From NCBI RefSeq assembly GCF_009914755.1, contig NC_060937.1: a stretch of 64,000 bases of DNA, one strand, 5' to 3'. Shown here in pieces: positions 28,550-41,008 of this stretch. The position numbers and the translations under genes were made by a program. Below the pieces are notes generated by a model that did no database searches, was not told where the DNA came from, and was given only the letters and a program-made list of their open reading frames with translations. Source of the DNA: the human T2T-CHM13v2.0 reference genome, Homo sapiens. Within the stretch, counting starts at the first letter, position 1. Each line of letters opens with the position of its first letter.

Positions 28550-30950
28550 GCTGGGTCTATGTTTGTAGTTGGTGAGGTGAGGGGGCAGCCACTGCACCGT
28601 AAACCAGTTGGACCCCAGCTTAGATAAGTGGCTATGTTCCTGTACCAAACTGAGGGTTGGGCTGCTATTTCTTGCGGCCTAATAACGAGATGCAGATGAA
28701 ATGGGGGAGGAAGAGAGTTTTTATTTCTGTAACCAGTTACAGTGAGAAGGCCTGGAAATTATCTCCAGACCAGCTCAACATTACAGTTTTCCAGAGTTTA
28801 TACACCTCCTAAGCTATATGTCTACATGTAAGTGTGCATTCATCTAAAAACATAAATGATTAACTTCTTTTAATCTCTAAGTAAGGTCTGAATCTTGAAG
28901 ACTTTCCTCTGCAGCCTCAATACATTTACTTAATCTAAATGGGTCCAGGTGCTTGGGTGATTACGCTTATCTTGTCTCCTGCTAAATCATGGGAATTTGG
29001 GGATTTCCTTCAGGCCTCCAGTAAACTTGTTTGTGGAGGCCTAGGGAGTTTCTTCAGATCCCCAATAAAACTTATTTATTCATAAATGGATCCTGTTAAG
29101 AATTCCTTCATTATTTTCTCATGCTTTAAGGCTCAGGAAAGGCCTAGTCAAAACTCTTGGTGGGCTTTTGTTTAATTCCAGCCTTTGTATAAGGGCACTG
29201 GCTTTTAATATTTAACTTAACCACTCAGTCAGCACTGAAACAGTTGTTATGGAGGCCTTTGGTGAGACCTGGCCTTCCACAGCCATGTGGGCTTCTGTGG
29301 TGCTCTGAGAACAGTCTGCCCCTCCTCTCTCTCCTGAAGAGAGAAGATGAGCTTCCTCTTCAACAGCAGCTTATTTAAAACTTTTAAGAAGAGAAGAATA
29401 TCCCTGAAATGTTTCCTCACTATAAATTCTTAAAAAATGCAAAGACAACACCAGGAAGTGGAATTTGAGACAAGTTGTTATATTGCCAGAGGGAGAGGGC
29501 TTCAGTGAATGGATCACATGCAACAATGTGGATTTTTCTACCAGAATATTAAAGAATTATCTCCTGGAGCAAGCCGTCCAGTCGTGTCTGCATATCCAAA
29601 ATATAAATATTATTTGGCAGGTGATATTAACATTAAAAAGCTAATCAAATATACTCTTCTAAAATGCATGCGTTATTTTGATGACTTTGGTTCTAAATCA
29701 GCTTGATGATACTCATTTTCCTTCTAAGATTACTATCCCATTTCCCAAAATCTTTGTAACAAAGCCTATTTATTCTCAAGTGTTTGTTTAGGGTTTATAC
29801 CTGTATTTATCAGCAGCACATTGATTCTGTGATGCAAAAGCAGAGGAAGCCTACTTCAACACTTTCTTAAGTACTTAATTTTCTTTGTTTAAGAGCTCAA
29901 TCTGACTGATAAGGATGAGTTGACACCTCTTCAGGAATTAATTGAGAAGCTTGCAACAAAGATAAGCATTTGTACTAGGAAAGAGTTTTCCTCTAGCTTC
30001 ATCTATGGCTGGAGCTATCTCATTGCTATCTGCTAAACTAGTGACACAAACTGAGAAAACAGGATAAAAAGACACCCAATATCTATATCTACTGATAAAA
30101 TTGTCCCAATGGTGGGTAAGCTTAATAGCTTCAGAGTAAGAACTTTAGAGCAAACCAATCTGACTTATTATTATGTGTTATTGCTCCTGTGATTGTGGAA
30201 TTACACTTTATTGTAGTATGCGATGGCTAATCTGTAGTTTGTTAGTTTTGTTATTTTCCTTTTGCTGAAAAAACATGTTTGGCTGTTTCAGGTGACAGCA
30301 AAAGGGGTAGTAAGAATTATTATAAATAATTTGTTAACATGTTTCCAAAACAAATTTCCTAACAACATAATTAGTCATGTCTTCTTTCACTTCTATTTGG
30401 TCAATAGAAAATATACTTTAAAGTTTCTTTAACATTAGAACAACTGTATCACTTTGGATACCTTTATTTGCAGGTTTATATGCCAATGTTTTTATAGAAT
30501 AAGAATACATGTGTATAATTTTATAAGATATATGATTTTGATTCAGGTCATCACATGGTAATTATGAGAGCAACAAAAGTTGTTTCTGATAAGAATTTTT
30601 AAAATATTTTAACAGATTTTGGATTTTATTACCCCATAAATCTTTCAAAATTGTTAGGAAAGTCTATGATTATATATCAAAAATATGTTTTCTTAAGGCT
30701 TCTGAGGATGATTTTGCAGATTTTTATTTTAAATGCTCTGTTCATTATTTTTAATACATGCAGTTTTGGGTTAAAGAAGTAAAAATTTTAAAACATGAAA
30801 AAGGTAGATCTCAAAGCCATGTTTTTATATATGCTATATTTGAGAGGTCTTGAAATTTTGCGTAGGGAAATGAAAAAAAAGTTCTTAGTATTTTGATTAT
30901 TTTGTATTTAAGTTTACTTTAAAAATTACTTCTATATTTATTTTTATTGT
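28550..30950 (+). pseudogene. MOB1A: Processed pseudogene of MOB kinase activator 1A (CDS remnant 29347-29965); possibly MOB1AP1, not verified
   Basis: ATG at 29347 gives MSFLFNSSLFKTFK..KNIPE..FLKNAKTTPGSG/LRQVVILPEGEGFSEWI..ASRPVVSAYPKYKYYLAGDINIKKLIK..QLDD..FPSKI..PFPK..FRVYTCIYQQHIDSVMQ..EEAYFNT..ELTPLQELIEKL, ending at taa 29963-65. It is collinear with MOB1A (MSFLFSSRSSKTFKPKKNIPE...ELAPLQELIEKLGSKDR), has no introns and has several frameshifts and deletions. UTR extents are inferred from recalled mRNA and are less certain than the CDS. Confidence 0.93.
28635..29281 (-). mobile_element. ERV1 solo LTR (LTR15-like) inserted in the retrocopy 5' UTR
   Basis: TG...CA termini. The reverse strand begins tgtggaaggccaggtctcacc...gcctccataacaactgtttcag and has AATAAA near its 3' end. 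4-bp TSD gcta (28631-34) / gcca (29282-85). Confidence 0.85.
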
Positions 30951-32374
30951 GACTTCATGGGTGAGCTTTTTCTGAATAAACATAACAAAAAAACACACTG
31001 AAAACCATGAAGGTGAACGAAATTCAAAGTGCACACATACGAAATTAGATATAAAAATAAATATGTACTATTTATTAGTATATATTCCTAATTATTAGTA
31101 AATCTTATTTTAATTGCTCACTTAAACTTTTAAGATTACAATAAAGAGTAAAATTATAATTAATGAGCAAAAAATATTAAATGAATAAAATCTATATTGC
31201 ATAGAATTTGAAAGCTCTGATGAGCAATTACTATATATAAAACCTATTGATAAGCTTTCAAATATATATCTACATGGTGAACTGAAATTGTTAAGCTTTT
31301 TAAATAAAATCTTTTGATTCCTGAATTTAAAACAAATTCCAGAAGAGGGAGATGTTTACTCTCAAATGAAAAATGTGTTGCTCAGTGTGAATAAACTGGT
31401 TTCTATAAAACAAAGAATAAGATTTATATATCATCCTAAAATGTATGGAAATCATAGATTCTAACACTATATTGTGGTTAAAATTTCATCTTTATGATGT
31501 ATTATAGGTACTTTTCCTATTTGTAGGCATGTTTTATGTCAATTGATTTTCTTAATTAAAATGTTTCCTGAAAATTTCTTAATTATTCAAAAATATAAAG
31601 ATTTTTGTTTTCACAGTCATTTTAAATAGAAATTAATATTTAACATTTGAGAAAATATATTTATCACGATACGTTTTTCAGCAATTGTCAATAACTGTTT
31701 TGTTAAAATTCTTTAAGAATAATATAGAGGCAATATATCATAATCTGGAAATACTTTTAAATTAACATGTATTATTTCTAAATATGCATTTATGTACTGA
31801 TATAGAGATAGCTAGCTGTTCAATCAGCTCTTTTGTATTTTAAAGAAAAAATTATTTAATAAGTAAAGGCAAAATATTTTGTTTTTTTTTTATGAGAAAG
31901 AAGGAATGACAATAAATATAATGAAATGTAGTGGTATTCTTAATTGTGAAGATAATATCACAGCATGGCACATTTTTTATTTACCCAGCTGACTAGCCTA
32001 TGAGGCTCAGTGCTGGCAGTCTAGATCTTGCAGGGAGGACAAATATACATAAAACCCTATGTTTGGCTTCTCCTTCTAAAGCTATCTTGATAAGTAATGT
32101 CTACTTCTGCACTCCTCCTATTTAATTTCTTGTCTCTGATATTAAGTAGAAAGATGTGAAAAGCCAGTGTTAATTTCCATGTCATTGGCATTAGTCTTTT
32201 GCCAAATCTGTGTATTTTCCTGAAGCAATGTGAACATGTACCCTATGTTTTTCACCAGGTCTATTTGAGATTCTCAACATTACTATGAGTAGTAAGTGGG
32301 TGCCTAGTTGAAGAGATTTTTATATTGTTTGTATTACCTTTTCCCTCAGCTTCTTATTTAAATAGCTTAGAACT

Positions 32375-32979
32375 GTCCCCGGTGTGTGATGTTCCCCTTC
32401 CTGTGTCCATGTGTTCTCATCGTTCAATTCCCACCTATGAGGGAGAACATGCGGTGTTTGGTTTTTTGTCCTTGCGATAGTTTGCTGAGAATAATGGTTT
32501 CCAGCTTCATCCATGTCCCTACAAAGGACATGAACTCATCATTTTTTATGGCTGCATAGTATTCCATGGTGTATATGTGCCACATTTTCTTAATCCAGTC
32601 TATCATTGTTGGACATTTGGCTTGGTCCCAAGTCTTTGCTACTGTGAATAGTGCCACAATAAACATACGTGTGCATGTGTCTTTATAGCAGCATGATTTA
32701 TAATCCTTTGGGTGTATACCCAGTAATGGGATGGCTGAGTCAAATGATATTTCTAGTTCTAGATCCCTGAGGAATTGCCACACCGACTTCCACAAACTAG
32801 TTCCACAAACAAGGGTTGAACTAGTTTACAGTCCCACCAACAGTGTAAAAGTGTTCCTATTTCTCCACATCCTCTCCAGCACCTGTTGTTTCCTGACTTT
32901 TTAATGATCGCCATTCTAACTGGTGTGAGATGGTATCTCATTGTGGTTTTGATTTGCATTTCTCTGATGGCCAGTGATG
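32375..32979 (-). mobile_element. L1PA4-like, inverted 5' segment (ORF2 C-terminus and part of 3' UTR)
   Basis: ORFs 32759..32959 and 32424..32795 are the L1 ORF2 C-terminus ([18 protein letters not shown] ... HRMFSLIGGN*). Confidence 0.97.
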
Positions 32980-33138
32980 GGGGGAGGGGGGAGGGATAGC
33001 ATTAGGAGATATACCTAATGCCAAATGACGAGTTAATGGGTGCAGCACCCCAACATGGCACATGTATACATATGTAACAAACCTGCACGTTGTGCACATG
33101 TCCCCTAAAACTTAAAGTATAATAATAAAAAAAAAAAA
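32980..33138 (+). mobile_element. L1PA4-like non-inverted 3' end with poly(A)
   Basis: gggggaggggggagggatagcattaggagatatacc...aaacttaaagtataataataaaaaaaaaaaa. Confidence 0.97.
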
Positions 33139-36100
33139 TTCACACCGGCCATTTTTCAAAGCTAAGGTTTATTTTCTATGGCTCACATGAAAATATATTT
33201 CCAAGTGTAGTGTAGCTAGCCTGCCTGTTTACCAGATTACTATCTATCCAAACATAGGGAAACCTTTAATTCAGGCTAAGGAAAAGAATAAAGTGGTTAG
33301 CAAGAAAATATGGGAGCTGAGAGAAGTAAACGGCAGTATTCTAAATAAAAAACAAACACATCTATTAATTAATACTATTTTCTACTCATTTGACAATGAT
33401 AAATAAATATTTTTTACATTTCTAAAAAATTAGCTTAGAACTTCAGAAAAATTATGGGCTGAAATATCAATGTCAGAATTGTTGAAAAACATATAAAATA
33501 TTTTTGTGGAAATATCAAAACTATACTGACAATAAACCTAAACTTACTGTATAAACAGTGTTTAAGCTCTGTGAATCATCGTCAACAGCACAAAAACTCT
33601 GGCACCTGCACCACGTTAAGTGCAAATTATTTGCTAGAATAATGTTTTTGTTAAAGGAAACACAATATTATTTTAGATATGCTTGCTGTTTTTGTAAGAA
33701 AGTTTTCACTCACAGTAAAAAATAATTATATGAATAAAGTTGCTAATGAACTTAAGTGTGAACTTCTGAGTTGGGCAGGCTCTACAAAATTCATGAAGAA
33801 ATTGCTATTATAAGTGTTTGTCTTCACCTTCTTTTTATGTCATCTTTACACTTTTATTTCACAATCTACAAAGAAGTCTCTTTATCCTATCTTAAACATT
33901 CTTCAGTGCTGTATGCATATCATGTATATCCTCTAATTGGTTGTTAGCTTTCCAAAGAAGACGTTAAGATTCCTCTTTCCTACTCATTTTGTACACTGAC
34001 GGTGTCCACAATCATAATGGAAGAATAATTTAACAATGCTAATTCGATATCCATAATTCCTTGAGATAATGCATAAAAAGAGTATAGGAAAAGAATATTT
34101 GGAATACAGAAGCAAAAAAAAAAAGAATTATTCATCTTCAAAATGAAAATATCATTCCTCTCATAAAAATCCTTCAAGGACTCTCAAGTGTATTAAAAAT
34201 AAAATCGAAATACTTTACAATGACATTAAATGATTTTATCACCTGCTCATTAGCTCTTACCCTTTACTGCGTATTCCATTCCCACAACACCCTTAATGCT
34301 CTGAGATCCAATTTTGCCTTCCTGATGACCTTCATCTCTCACACACTGGCATAGCATTCTACCTTTGTAATTGTGTTTACTGCATGAAACTGACACCAAT
34401 AATTTTGAGATAACATATAGTCATCCAGTAAATCATCTATTTTTTTTTATATTACTGGAAGATTTTCTTTTCTTCCTTACTCTGTGTTAGTTCCTGTATG
34501 TTGTGTTTTATAGTCCATTTTACTTCCTGAACTTTAATGCTTTCATGACCACACTAAAATATTTTTCCTGTATGTTCTCGGTACACAGGACCTGTACCTC
34601 TCCCTAGTATTGTGTCTTGGAGCTTGTACGTACTATTTATGCAATAATAGTTAATTATTATTTGAATTTATGCTAATCATCTTGCCTTTAATGTTCCCCC
34701 AACCTAAAATGTCAACCCATGGGACACATTCATTTTTAAATTATAACCATTTTTCAAGTTCATGCTCACATTTCCTTCTATCACTGACCTTTTCAACTTA
34801 ACTATTCCAGGTTTTATTGCTTTTTCTCTGCTGTGTTCTTAGATATATTTATTTTAATCATTCTAATGTTTAGTACTCATGTTCTATTGCTTGGTGACCC
34901 ATGTTGTCCTTGAGATGAAAGTTAGGTTTGGAAAATCAAGGACATGGTATTATGTTTCTGATGAATCTCTAAAGATTTCTAGGTTAGAACTAGGCTGATA
35001 ATGTGTGCTCAATAAATATTGATGGGTTTATTAAAATGGCCATGGAGAAGGAACAGATAATAATACATGACAACTCATTTTTTAAGATGTTTTTACACAC
35101 TTGGGAACAAAATTTCAGCTGTCTTTTAAAAGTTTCAAATGTTAGGAGATAAAAATAGTGTCCCTGGACATAAGTGACAGACAGCTGGCTGATAATGTGA
35201 TGATGAATCATTTGACATTCTTTTATATTTCTTCCTTCAGAACTCTTAATAAGAATGCGTGCCATTAGTCAGCAATAAGGAATCCTGCATAGTTTGTGGG
35301 TGGATCACAAAAGAAGTAGCAAAACAATATTTATTGTCAGAATAATCAAATGGTAATATTGTCAATTTATTAAAGGTATAACTCAGTGTAGATGTCTAGG
35401 ATCCAGAGATGGAACAAAGGAAGGACAATGTACTATAGCTTTCTAGGTTGTCTCTATAAAATGTACTTGTGTGAAGGTAAGACATTCCCTACTCACTACC
35501 TGGAATCTTTTCTCCTAGTGCATTTTCACAAAATTGGCTTCTATTTGCCAGTGGGGTTGAAGCTTCAAGACCCTACATTTTTTTTTTCTTCCCAGCACTA
35601 GCTTTTCAACACTAGCAGAGCTATCAGCCGTGTGAGCTGAGATAACCACTCTATGCTGAAAGGCTTCTGCATTGCTGGAACAGCTCTCAGCATATGGATA
35701 TTTTTAACTTTGTCAAAGCAAGGCTAATGTCTATAGTGATTTTTACAATAATGGACATTCCTACAAAAATAGATGTGCTCGTATTTGCGCATTTCCTTTA
35801 TCAATTTATGCAAATATATTTCATGACAGATGTAATTTCCTAAATTTTACAACTTGAAAATGAAAATATACCTTACGTTACAGGTTACCTCCATATTGTT
35901 TCATGTTTGTAAACTTAGTTTTAATACTAATGACTTACCCCTTCTTTACCATTCCTGTGATCCTCTGCTTCCTTATTCAAATGTTCAAACATCACGTTTT
36001 TATCATGATTTTTGACACTATGCTTTTTTATCCTTTTTAATATCATTTTATCCATGTTTAACATGATAATATTTAATTTTATATTTGAAATTTGATGAGT

Positions 36101-36829
36101 GTTTTTAAATTCATAATGCCTAAAATTTAAAGGTCTTTTATTATCAGGATGCCACAGGGAAGACACACATTTTGGAACTATCACAGTAATAGCTATCATA
36201 GTAATACAACAACTGACTACAGTGTTTACAGTGATATTTTCCTACTATTAAATGGAGGGATGTTTGTTAGAATGGGTGCCCATGAGGACTTGCCCTGTTA
36301 CACATCTAGAACACCCTAATTGAAATTGCTCTGACCATAAGCAGAAATGAGATACTTACCAAAATGATGAAAATCCTTAATAATGCTCAGGAGTCCTGCT
36401 TACAAACGAATAGATTGCATGTCATTAGAAACAAATGGTTGATGCAGATTAGATTGCTAGGAAAATAGAACACAAAGTTCATGTTTGGAAGATTATAACT
36501 AGCATAAAACTTTTATATTTTTTCTTGCTTTAAGTTAAAACAGACTATATCCTGTGAAAGATTTTACACTTTTCAAAAATACATTAAATACATGGTCCCA
36601 TTTAATCTTTTAAAAAATGCTTAGCAAGCAGCAATTTCACGATGGTCAAATTCCTAATATGAGAGAAGTAGAAATAGGAAAAATAGGTCACCCTGATACT
36701 TATGTTTTCATTTTGCTTAATATACGTTTGTATATTTCAATATAACATTAATAGATATCGTGTCCCTTCACAGTTCTAAAGTAGTAAGCAAAATGAATTA
36801 ATTTAACCTATGCAATTAAAACCAATTTG

Positions 36830-37800
36830 GAAGAATATTGAGGTAGCACACTGTTACGGGAATTAGTATGACTCAGTAATGCAGTTGAAAGTTAGTGGCT
36901 CCTAATCCAGTATGAATCATGGAGATGAGAGAAATGATTAGATAAAGAGATATTTAAAAGTAGAGTATCCCAAAATGATTAAAAAATAAGAAAAAAATCG
37001 AGCCTCCTTTGGAATCTGTTGTAGAGATATCAACTTGGCATCTTGGCAGCATAAAGACAGTAAAATGAAAGTCGTGGGTTTTAGGCATATTCACCAAGGG
37101 GAGTGTTTAGAATGAGAAGAAAAGATAAACAAGGAAAGTACATTAAGACTTTTTAAGATGCGGAGAAGAGAAATTAAGTACATAGTAAGGATAATTCAAA
37201 CTTTCAGAGGAAAAGAATAAATGTATTTACATAGAAATTTGGTAGAAAGTATTTCAGTGAAGAAAGATCAATGATCAATATAACAAGTACCTACAAATTA
37301 GATGCAGAGACTAAAAAAATTATCCACTAGATTGTATTTCCAGACGCTAATTGCAAATTTAGCAACTACGTGTGGAAGGTTGAATAAAAAATAAACCCAT
37401 AGAATTAGAGAGCATGTGTGCAAGAAGTGATTTCTGAAAATTTTTGAGGAAAAGGAAAGATAACAGGCGCTAGAGGGAGACTAATATCAAAATAAGATGT
37501 ATAATTGGCAGAAAGAAATATGCTATCTCATTGAAATTATGGTTGTGAAGGATATTAGTGAGAAAAATTAAAATAAATTAAGGTCAGGTCTAACAAGCTG
37601 GAATGACAAGTAATGCCAAGTGCAGGAGAAAAGATTAAGGAGTAACACTTGTGTTGTTACAGGATTGAGAAAGAGAAGAATCAGTATGTTAGAAGTTGAG
37701 ATATATTTTTAATTTCACATGAAGTAAGATGTAATGCTAATTATTAAGAGTTTTTGGGGTGATAAGAGAAATCTTGGTTTTGAAGATAATGGAAAGGATT
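36830..37800 (-). mobile_element. Degenerate L2 fragments
   Basis: Purine-rich strand with L2-antisense-like phrasing (gagatatttaaaagtagagtatc..., gagtgtttagaatgagaagaaaag). Weak match. Confidence 0.4.
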
Positions 37801-38124
37801 TGAAGTGCTAATTATTTATAAATAGAGAAAATTGACTGTAAGAATTATGGAAGTTGAGGTATAATTTTGATTAATATTTACTGTACGACCAGTATGCCAA
37901 ACATTGCTCAAACTCCTGACCTGATACAATGATACATAGCATAGAGAGAAGTGTCTCTGAACTTCATAACTACATAACTCGTGTCCAAGAATACACATAA
38001 AGAAATATATATGCTGTGATCTAGGGATTTAAATGACATTTGGTAGAAAAGAAAGTGGCTTTGTGTTTGCATCCGAAAGTCTGCTTTAGTGGTAGAAGAT
38101 AAGGAGAATTTAACTAGGTGAATC

Positions 38125-38460
38125 TAGAATATTAGAAAAAGATAGTAGGAGAGTAAAAAGGGGATGGTTAATAAGTACAAAAATACAGTTAGATAGAATA
38201 AATAAGGTCTCATATTTGGTAGCACGATGGTGTGATTGTAATGATTTACTGTATGTTTTTAAAATAACTAGAAGAGTGAAATTAGAATGTTCTGAGCACA
38301 AAAAAATGATAAATGCTTAAGGTGATGGATAACCCAATTACTCTGATTTTGTCATTACACCTTCTATGCCTATATCAAAACATCACGTGTGCCATACATA
38401 TGTACAACTATTATATATACCCATAATAGTTATTAATAAAAATACAAAAATAAAAAAGAA
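38125..38460 (+). mobile_element. L1MA (L1MA3/4-like) 3' end
   Basis: ggggatggttaataagtacaaaaatacagttagatagaataaataag...atgataaatgcttaaggtgatggataaccc plus an A-rich tail. Confidence 0.88.
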
Positions 38461-38699
38461 GGAACATCATATATGACAACCCAGAGGTGACTGGCATATG
38501 TGATGGCCCAGAAGTTCAGCATGATATAAGAATAAAGAGAAAGGGAGGGAGGAAACAAAAGTATTTTGGGACACTGTTGTGATGCATGGCAGAACATGCA
38601 AGAAAATACAAGTTTTTACAAATTGTTTCAACTTATGGTTAACTGTATGGATCAATATAAAATCAGTTAGAAACTAGTATTATGGTTTACCATAATAAG

Positions 38700-39090
38700 T
38701 GAAATTATTGGACTTGATTAAATGCCACCAGAATTGCTTTGGTAAAATGATTAAAATGGAACAAGCCAAAAAGTGAAGAGACTGATCGTGGCATTCTATG
38801 GTATTCAAGGTGAGTGATGATGATAGCCTAAATTTTAGAAATGTGGTTATAGAAGAAAAGAGATCTTAACATTTTTGAGATATCTTCAAGAAAACTTTGT
38901 GATTTATTGACTTGGGAGTATACAGTAAGATAGCATCAAGGATGAGTCTAACAAATTGTTAGTTACTAGTCAAAAGCTGTTGCCATTCTAACTCAGAGAA
39001 ACAAGAGCATATTTTGGAAGGCAATTATGAGTTAAGTTTTTGATCCACTGAGATTGATATTCCATTTGAACATCCAAAAAATTATGGTAA
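38700..39090 (-). mobile_element. Degenerate L2 fragment
   Basis: caaggtgagtgatgatgatagcctaaat...atgagttaagtttttgatccactgagattgatattccatttgaacatccaa. Confidence 0.55.
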
Positions 39091-39218
39091 ATAATTTTTG
39101 GTTGAAACTTTTATTTCATTGTGATGTGTTTTTGCTTTTGTTTGCTTTGTTTTCACCCACTTTTTAAAAATGGAAACAGTTTATTGATATTGTTGAAATA
39201 TTTTATATTTTCCAATTA

Positions 39219-39436
<218 letters not shown>

Positions 39437-40385
39437 CAATTAAATGTTTAATGTTTCCTGGTATTCTATTTTTTTAAAAAAAATTATTCCTTTTCTCTGT
39501 TTTACCATTTATTTTTTCTATAGAGATATATGTCAATAATTAATGCTGTTATATATAAATAGATTAATGTTTCATCTGAAAAGAAAACAACTTTTATCAT
39601 TTTCAAAATTGTTAATATAATAGGTTATTTCACTGACAGTATCAAATAACTTTCCCTTTGAAAGGTAAAGGCATACTTAAAATTCATATTTATTCCTCTA
39701 TTTTATCATTATCATTCTCTGGGATTTTACATACCAGCTATTAATAAATTTTACATTTGTTATTTGCTATTTAAAACCAGAATTTCTGTTTACATTAAAT
39801 ATGTAACATATTACAAATAATATCTACCCAATGCAGCGTTTAATTTTTATACTTGAGATTCTTAAAGTCATAGTTACTTCTTCCAATTTATTATTTTAAG
39901 ATGAAAATCACTCACCACTGAAAATTCAGAAATGTTAACATTAATCATATTTGTATATATGAACCTTGAACAAATGACATTAAGTTAAAAAAGTGAGAAA
40001 TGAAAGAGATATTTTATGATACCACTTACATAAAATATCGAGAATTGGTAAATACGATAATTTAGTGGTTGCTTTCAATGGCAACATTGGTGTTTGCTGG
40101 GTGCTAGAAATCAGAAATGTTTGAAGTGTATATTTATAAAATAAAATATTTTTATTTCAACAGCATAATTCTCTTTATTTTACATTTCTATTTTTTTTCA
40201 AACTTCTTCACTTGGCCACTTTTGCTGTTTACTACTTTGAATACTGTTTTAATTTTCTACTTTAGTTTTCCTGAACTCTTGACCTTTTCCTGAATTATAA
40301 GTATTTTGTCATTATCTCATTATATCATAGATTTTATATAATGAATTATATATTTTTAATAATTTTATTGAGAAACAAAAGCTGA

Positions 40386-40990
40386 TGTGGAAGCAGCTTG
40401 GAGATTTACCAAAGAACTTAAAACAGAACTATTATCAACATAGCAATCTTATTATTATCACATATATATCCCAAAAATCTAAGTTATTCTACCATAAAGA
40501 CATACATATGCGTAGGTACGTTCACTGCAGCACTATTCACAATAGCAAAGACGTGGAATCAACCTAGATGTCCATCAATGGTGGACTGGATAAAGAAAAT
40601 GTGGTACATATACACCATGGAATACTATGCAGGCATAAAGAAGAACAAAATCATGTCCTTTGCAGCAATATGGATGCTGGAGGACATCATTCTTAGAGAA
40701 TTAATGCAGGAACAGAAAACCAAATACCACGTGTTCTCATTTATAAGTGGGTGCTAAACATTGAGTACTCATGGACACAGAGAAGGAAACAATATACACC
40801 AGGTACTTCTTAAGGGTGGAGGATGAGAGGAGCATGATGATTGAAAAACTGCCTATCAGGTACTGTGACCATTACCTGGGTAATGAAATATCTATATACC
40901 TAATCCCTGTGAAATGCAATTTACCCATGTGACAAACCTGCATGGGAACCCCCTGGACCAAAAATAAAGATTGGAGGAGAAAACAAAAAA
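40386..40990 (+). mobile_element. L1PA15/16-like 5'-truncated 3' end
   Basis: gcagcactattcacaatagcaaagac...ggataaagaaaatgtggtacatatacaccatggaatactatgcag. TSD aaaagctgatgt (40377-88) / aaaagcagatgt (40988-99). Confidence 0.93.
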
Positions 40991-41008
40991 AGCAGATGTA
41001 TCATGAGA

